From the NCBI GenBank assembly GCA_963842085.1, contig CAWJET010000001.1:224001-288000 (forward strand): DNA of 64,000 nucleotides, read 5' to 3'. This stretch comes from an uncultured delta proteobacterium. Lineage in GTDB: Bacteria; Desulfobacterota; Binatia; Binatales; Binataceae. The position numbers were made by a program, and so were the translations under genes. Of this stretch, positions 57,158 to 64,000 are shown piece by piece. The notes beneath the pieces are model-generated. The model made no database searches. It had not been told where the DNA came from and worked only from the letters and a program-made list of their open reading frames with translations. The first letter of the stretch is position 1. Each line of letters begins with the position of its first letter.

Positions 57158-58369
57158 ATGAGCAAGCCGCTCGAAGGAATCAAGGTCGTCGAGATCGCGC
57201 AGGAAATCCAGGGACCGTTCGCGTCGCTGATCCTGGCCGACATGGGTGCCGACGTGGTCAAGATCGAGAACAAGGAGACGGGAGATCTGAGCCGCTGGAT
57301 GCTGGCTGCGCTGATCGGCGGACCGGACGTCAGAAACGCGACGGTGTCGCATTACTTCATCGCAATGAATCGCGGCAAGCGGAGCATCACCGCCGACCTC
57401 AAGAAGCCCGACGCGATCGAAATGGTGCGCCGGATGATGAAATCGTACGACGTACTCGTCACCAACTATCGACCGGGCGTGCTCGACCGGCTGGGACTCG
57501 GCTACGACGACGCGCGCAAGATCAATCCGCGCATAGTGTATGCGCAGGGAAGTTCGTGGGGACCGAAGGGGCCGTGGGTGACGCGCCCGAGCCGCGACAC
57601 GCTCGCGCAGGCCGCGAGCGGCGTGATGGCGAAGACGGGGATGCCGGCCGATCCACCGCTGGCGGCGGGAATATTCATCGCGGATCACTCGGGCGCGCTC
57701 AGCCTGGCGAGCGGCGTGCTGGCGGCGCTGTTCGCGCGCGAGCGCACCGGCAAGGGGCAAAAGGTCGACGCGTCGATCTACGGCACGATGATCGCGATGC
57801 AGGGGATGGAGATCAATTACACGTCGATCACCGGCGCCGAGCCCGAGCGCGCGGGCCGCGGACATCAGTTCCTGCGCGGCGTGTGGGGCGCGTTCCCGAC
57901 GCGCGACGGATTCATCTGTATTGCGGGCGTGGACGAGAAGCGCTGGCCGTCGTTCTGCAAGATCGTCGGGATTGAGCATCTCGAGAAGGATCCCGAGTAC
58001 TCGGACAACGTGATTCGCAATTTTCACGGCGACAAGATTCAGAAAGTGCTCGACGAGATCTTCCCGAAGCAGACGAGCAAGGAATGGCTCAAGCAACTCA
58101 CCGACGCCGACATCCTGGCGACCGAGGTCGTCGATTACCGCACGATGCTGCAAAGCGAGCAGGCACGCGTCAACGGCTACCTGCTCGAACTCGACCATCC
58201 GGTGGCCGGCAAGGTGCTCGTGTCGGGCACGCCGATAACGATCAACGGCGAAGTTACGACCGATGCGAAGGCCGCGCCCGAACACGGGCAGCATACCGAG
58301 GAAGTGCTGCTCGAGCTCGGCTACACGTGGGAAGAGATCGGCGCGCTGCGCGACGGCGGCGCGGTGTAG
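57158..58369 (+). CDS. CaiB/BaiF family (class III) CoA transferase
   Basis: PLEGIKVVE, LADMGADVVKIE, NRGKRS, NYRPG, IADH and APEHGQHTEEVL. Confidence 0.93.
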   Translation: MSKPLEGIKVVEIAQEIQGPFASLILADMGADVVKIENKETGDLSRWMLAALIGGPDVRNATVSHYFIAMNRGKRSITADLKKPDAIEMVRRMMKSYDVLVTNYRPGVLDRLGLGYDDARKINPRIVYAQGSSWGPKGPWVTRPSRDTLAQAASGVMAKTGMPADPPLAAGIFIADHSGALSLASGVLAALFARERTGKGQKVDASIYGTMIAMQGMEINYTSITGAEPERAGRGHQFLRGVWGAFPTRDGFICIAGVDEKRWPSFCKIVGIEHLEKDPEYSDNVIRNFHGDKIQKVLDEIFPKQTSKEWLKQLTDADILATEVVDYRTMLQSEQARVNGYLLELDHPVAGKVLVSGTPITINGEVTTDAKAAPEHGQHTEEVLLELGYTWEEIGALRDGGAV

Positions 58370-58377
58370 CGACGGGT

Positions 58378-59313
58378 TCACGGGCGGGTCACTCGGTATA
58401 TGACGAACGTGCCGTTTACGTTCTCGTGGTAGTAGAGTGATTTCTCGTCGGGCGACAATGCGGGAGCTTCCGCGAATCCAGTGATCGCTTCGATTTTGCG
58501 CGGCTTGCCGAATGGCTTTGAAATCTTTGCGCGTGTCGCCGTGTAGATCGCCGGTAGCGTCCCGTCAAACCGAGTGAAGAAAAATTCGAGGCCCGACTTC
58601 GAGATGTCGGGCGCGTAGTTGAGACCGTGCATGTTGATCTTGCGCATGATCCTGGCGCTGTTCTCAACGCGCGCAAATTGACTGCCCGCGCGCCTGGCCA
58701 TCGAGATGCTCGCGCTTAACAGATCGCCGCCGGCCGTGTAGACGCCGTCATCAAAATACAACGTGCTGCCGTCGGGGCTGATGCACGCGTCGAAATTTAC
58801 GTCGCCCGGCGTGAGCTTCGAAATTCCCGGCACGATCGCGACGCCCGAGCAACTGCCGTCGGAAAAGGTACACCAATAAATAGTCGAAAAAGTTTGCGCG
58901 TAACTTCTGTTCGACACGAAATAGAAAGTGTTGTTGACGTCCATCGAGGCGACCGCATCCAGGAACGTTGAGTTGACGCCGCCGATTTCACCCTGGAACC
59001 GGAAGGTCAAGCCGGTCTCGTCGACCGGCGTCGCGTAGTACAAGTTAGTGTCAGGGGCGCTGTTCGAATTGTTGAAGAACAGGTAGTTGCCGTCGGGGCT
59101 GACGAACGGCTCCATCGCGTCCTGGCTGTAGCCCTCAATCGTCAGGGGTTGGGGATTGGTGAATACGCCAAATGCCGGCTTGGCGTCCGGTGCTCCGGCG
59201 ATGGAGGCGCCAGCGCCCGCGTTGACTGTGAACGCTCCAGTGAGCAGCAACAGCCAAATCATCGCACAAGTGAAACCTCGCCAGGTCGAAATCATTTTCA
59301 CGGCGACTTCCAT
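58378..59313 (-). CDS. Exported PD40/TolB-like beta-propeller protein
   Basis: Signal-like segment and repeated SPDG/SPDE motifs (PFVSPDGNYLFF, CISPDGSTLYF, PALSPDEKSLYY). Start at 59313 or 59295. Confidence 0.78.
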   Translation of the reverse strand: MEVAVKMISTWRGFTCAMIWLLLLTGAFTVNAGAGASIAGAPDAKPAFGVFTNPQPLTIEGYSQDAMEPFVSPDGNYLFFNNSNSAPDTNLYYATPVDETGLTFRFQGEIGGVNSTFLDAVASMDVNNTFYFVSNRSYAQTFSTIYWCTFSDGSCSGVAIVPGISKLTPGDVNFDACISPDGSTLYFDDGVYTAGGDLLSASISMARRAGSQFARVENSARIMRKINMHGLNYAPDISKSGLEFFFTRFDGTLPAIYTATRAKISKPFGKPRKIEAITGFAEAPALSPDEKSLYYHENVNGTFVIYRVTRP

Positions 59314-59373
59314 GTTACATATTAATTCACTCACGCGCCCTGATGACTGCGACCGAATCGAGGAGGAACGGCT

Positions 59374-59805
59374 ATGGCGCTGGCGGCTCGTATCTCTATC
59401 GCGACGCTCGGCGTGAGCGATCTCGCGCGCTCGACCAGGTTCTATCTGGCGCTCGGCTGGGAACTGACGGCGGACTCCTCGTCCGAGATCAGCTTCTTTC
59501 GCACGGCAGGCGGAGTGCTGGCGCTCTACCCTTTCGAGCTGCTCGCCAAAGACACGACTTTGCCGGCGGTGCGAACACGAGGATTCGGCGGAGTGACGCT
59601 CGCGATCAACGTCGAGCGCCCCGAGGACGTGCAGCCGGGACTCGACACGGCGAAGGATGCAGGTGCGACAATTCTCAAACCCGCGACGAAGGCGGACTGG
59701 GGAGGGGTGTCGGGATATTTCGCCGACCCCGACGGTTATCCGTGGGAAGTTGTGTGGGCGCCCAGGTCGAAATTCAAGCCCGACGGCTCGCTGGATGTCA
59801 GTTAG
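59374..59805 (+). CDS. VOC/glyoxalase family protein
   Basis: TLGVSDLARSTRFY...WGGVSGYFADPDGYPWEV; GAGGAG RBS. Confidence 0.9.
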   Translation: MALAARISIATLGVSDLARSTRFYLALGWELTADSSSEISFFRTAGGVLALYPFELLAKDTTLPAVRTRGFGGVTLAINVERPEDVQPGLDTAKDAGATILKPATKADWGGVSGYFADPDGYPWEVVWAPRSKFKPDGSLDVS

Positions 59806-59815
59806 ACAATTGCGC

Positions 59816-60526
59816 ATGGCGGAACGGCACATCGTTGCGATGGGCGGCGGCGGATTCTCGATGGAGCCGCGCAATCCGAAGCTCGACGATTTTGTCTTGA
59901 GCCTCGCGCGGCGCAAGCGGCGTCCGCGGGTGTGCTTCGTCGGCACCGCGAGCGGCGACAGCGATTCCTACATCAGGCGTTTCCACGACGCGTTTCCGCC
60001 GTCGCGCGCCGCCGCGACTCATCTCACTTTCTTCGAGCGAACGGTTCGCGACCTCAAAACGTTCGTGATGGACCAGGATGTTATCTATGTCTGCGGCGGC
60101 AGCAGCGCGAACATGCTCGCGGTGTGGCGCTTGCACGGCCTCGACAAAGTGCTGCGCGCGGCCTGGAACGCGGGCGTCGCGATGGCGGGAATCAGCGCGG
60201 GCGCGATTTGCTGGTTCGAAGACGGCCTGACGGATTCGTTCGGCATGCCGTTTCGCGCGCTCGACGACGGGCTCGGGTTCGTGCGCGGGGCCTGCTGTCC
60301 GCATTACGACGGCGAGAAAGAGCGGCGCCCGGCGTTGATGCGATTGATCAAGCGTGGATTTCCGTCGACGCTCGCGCTCGACGACGGGGCGGCTGCGCAC
60401 TTTGTCGGGACGCGGCTGATGGAAGTCGTTTCCTCGCGGCCGAAAGCGCGCGCGATCCGTGTCGAGCTCAGGCGCGGGGTGGTGGCTGAGACGACACTTC
60501 CGGTGCGGTACCTCGGCGCGAGCTGA
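59816..60526 (+). CDS. Peptidase E (S51) family protein
   Basis: VAMGGGG, GTASGD, IYVCGGS, GISAGA (Ser nucleophile) and CPHYD. Confidence 0.88.
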   Translation: MAERHIVAMGGGGFSMEPRNPKLDDFVLSLARRKRRPRVCFVGTASGDSDSYIRRFHDAFPPSRAAATHLTFFERTVRDLKTFVMDQDVIYVCGGSSANMLAVWRLHGLDKVLRAAWNAGVAMAGISAGAICWFEDGLTDSFGMPFRALDDGLGFVRGACCPHYDGEKERRPALMRLIKRGFPSTLALDDGAAAHFVGTRLMEVVSSRPKARAIRVELRRGVVAETTLPVRYLGAS

Positions 60527-60544
60527 CGAAACAGTCAGACGTGA

Positions 60545-61908
<1,364 letters not shown>

Positions 61909-61909
<1 letters not shown>

Positions 61910-63447
61910 TGCCCACGCGGCCGCCGGTTGCAGCGCTGGTGATTTTCGACGGATGGGGAATCAGCAAGAGCGGCGCGTCGAACGCGATCGCGGCGGCGAC
62001 GACTCCGGTGATGGACCGCCTCTACGCCACGCAGGCGCACACCGAGCTCGCCGCGTCGGGCGAGGCGGTGGGACTGCCGCCGGGCGTGATGGGCAACTCC
62101 GAAGTCGGGCATCTCACGATCGGCGCGGGCCGCGTCATCTACCAGGACCTGATGCGAATCACGAAAGCGATCGGGAGCGGAGCGTTCGCGCGCAACCCGG
62201 CGATTGTCGATGCTATCGAAAAGACCGTCGCGAACGGCACGACGCTGCATATCTGGGGACTGCTTTCCGACGGCAGCGTGCACAGTCATATCGATCATCT
62301 GATGGCATTGCTCGACGCCGCCGCGGCGAATGGCGCAACCCGGATTGCGGTTCACGCCGTGCTCGACGGGCGCGACAAGCCGCCGCGCTCGGCCATCGCG
62401 TTTATCGATCAGCTCGAAGCGAAGCTGAAGCGGCTCGGATGCGGGCGAATCGCGACGGTCACGGGGCGATACTACGCGATGGATCGCGACAAGCGATGGG
62501 AGCGAGTGGAGCGGGCGTGGCGCGCGATCGTCGAGGGCGAAGGTGTGGCGGCGTCAAGCGCGCGCGTGGCGGTGGAGAATTCGTACGCCGACGGCAAGAG
62601 CGATGAGTTCGTCGAGCCGCACGTGATCGGCAAGCGAGCGCCGATGGCGGACGGCGACCAGGTGATCTGCTTCAACTTCCGCGCGGACCGCGCGCGCGAG
62701 CTGACGGCCGCAATCGCGTTCGAGGGATTTTCCGGCTTCCGCCGCGAGCGCATCCCGAAGGTCGGCTACGTGTGCATGACCGAGTACGATCGCACGTTCG
62801 CACTGCCGCTGGCGTTCGGTCCGGAAGACGTGCGCAACACGCTGGCGGAAGTGATGGCGCACGCGGGGCTCAGGAATTTGCGCGTCGCGGAGACCGAGAA
62901 ATATGCCCACGTCACGTACTTTCTCAACGGCGGCGTCGAGAAGGCGTTCCCGCTCGAAGAGCGCGCGCTGATTCCGTCGTCGAAGGTCGCGACCTACGAC
63001 CTGGAACCGGCGATGAAAGCGGCCGAGATCGCGAGGCGCGCCGCCGAGGAAATCGCGGGCGGCAAGTTCGATGTGGTCGTGATGAACTTCGCCAATCCCG
63101 ACATGGTCGGGCATACCGGCAACTTCGCGGCGACGGTGGCGGCGGTCGAAGCGACGGACGCGGCGCTGGGCGTCGTGATCGACGCACTGGCGAAGCGCGG
63201 CGGCGTCGCGCTGGTCACGGCGGATCACGGCAACGCCGAATTCATGGCCGACCCCGCGACCGGGCAGGCGCATACCGCGCATACAACGAATCCGGTGCCG
63301 CTCATCCTGTACGATCCGAAATTCAAGGGGAGGCTCAATGACGGCGGGACGCTCGCGGACGTGGCGCCGACGCTGCTCGGGATGCTCGACGTGAAAACGC
63401 CGCCGGAGATGACGGGGCACGATTTGAGGGTCCAGATCGAGCGCTGA
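61909..63447 (+). CDS. gpmI: 2,3-bisphosphoglycerate-independent phosphoglycerate mutase
   Basis: DGWG, MGNSEVGH, GRYYAMDRD, NFRADR, ETEKYAHVT, DMVGHTG and TADHGNAE. Confidence 0.97.
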
Positions 63448-63667
63448 CTTGCAGGTTCGCGAACGCGAACAATCGGCGAATGCCACCATTAGCTGTGGTT
63501 CGGCGACTGATCGACCACCATCGGTGGGTTCGTTCCGTCAAAATTTGTTTCGGAAGAGAGGGGAATCGCGTCGCGATTTTCAGAGGTGCAGACAAGCCAA
63601 TGGCGTTGTGAGCGATGCTCATATGCGATCAATAGCAAGGCGGGCGTGGAGGGGATAAGGCTGCACA

Positions 63668-63804
63668 GTTCATCCCTGAACTAAAATGGCACTGCAACAA
63701 GGAGCGCGCGCAGCGCGCGAGTGAGAGACCGGAACCGGCTTCGCGTGCGCGAAGCTGTCCGAGATCCTTCCATCCGCTCGCGCTGCTCACTTCGTCAGGA
63801 TGAC
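63668..63804. repeat. Degenerate REP-like palindrome (GTCATCCTGA...TCAGGATGAC type)
   Basis: Left arm GTTCATCCCTGA, right arm TCAGGATGAC, internal GATCCTTC and a hairpin GCTTCGCG/CGCGAAGC. Resembles the element at 9895. Confidence 0.5.
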
Positions 63805-63825
63805 AACTCGCGTGCGTGCGTTGGA

Positions 63826-63984
63826 CCTCACCCTCCGCGTCGCTTCGGCGCGCGTCGACCTTTCCTCGGATAAGGAGAGGTCAGGATTTGCAGAGTCGTG
63901 AATCGCGCGCGAAAGGAATCGCGCGCTGAATTTGGTCCCTCACCCGCGCCGCGGCGGCGCGACCTCTCCCGATAGGGAGAGGGG
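63826..63984. repeat. Two tandem BoxC-like repeats
   Basis: CCTCACCC...GACCTTTCCTCGGATAAGGAGAGG (63826-63880) and CCCTCACCC...GACCTCTCCCGATAGGGAGAGGG (63937-63983). Confidence 0.65.
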
Positions 63985-64000
63985 AAGTTACCAGCGGATG

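Noticed and set aside
63826-63984. CRISPR array
   Set aside because: Only two imperfect units, no regular repeat-spacer period and no cas genes.

Overview
High-GC bacterial chromosomal window with about 55 CDS, one tRNA-Pro(GGG) and one TPP riboswitch. I saw no integrase, transposase, prophage, rRNA or CRISPR array. The gene content (hopanoid genes, an F420-type LLM, SCP2/thiolase and COG1233 flavoproteins) is reminiscent of Candidatus Binatota or related soil Deltaproteobacteria, but that is only an inference. Left to right: (1) a TetR-headed hopanoid operon, tetR-hpnH-ispA-Zn-dehydrogenase-shc-dxr-hpnC-hpnD; (2) a divergent cluster of HAD, NTP-transferase, ATP-grasp, class-III aminotransferase and a second HAD, facing a CDP-alcohol phosphotransferase and a B12 radical SAM enzyme, which looks like an uncharacterised polar-lipid head-group or phosphodiester-solute pathway and is my best candidate for a new system; (3) coaX and its neighbours; (4) an RcnR-type repressor with a P1B ATPase carrying a non-canonical GAC metal motif; (5) an operon of two phytoene-dehydrogenase-like flavoproteins, each followed by an SCP2-like protein, ending in an atypical M28 protein; (6) an SCPx-type thiolase, tRNA-Pro and accessory membrane genes including an FtsH; (7) an amino-acid permease with a sigma54-type promoter; (8) housekeeping blocks: pcm-nlpD-apt, thiS-thiG-thiE, alr-purH-purD-tsaC and eno-gpmI; (9) REP/BoxC-like palindromes at the right end. 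All family calls come from motif recognition by eye; no database searches were run.
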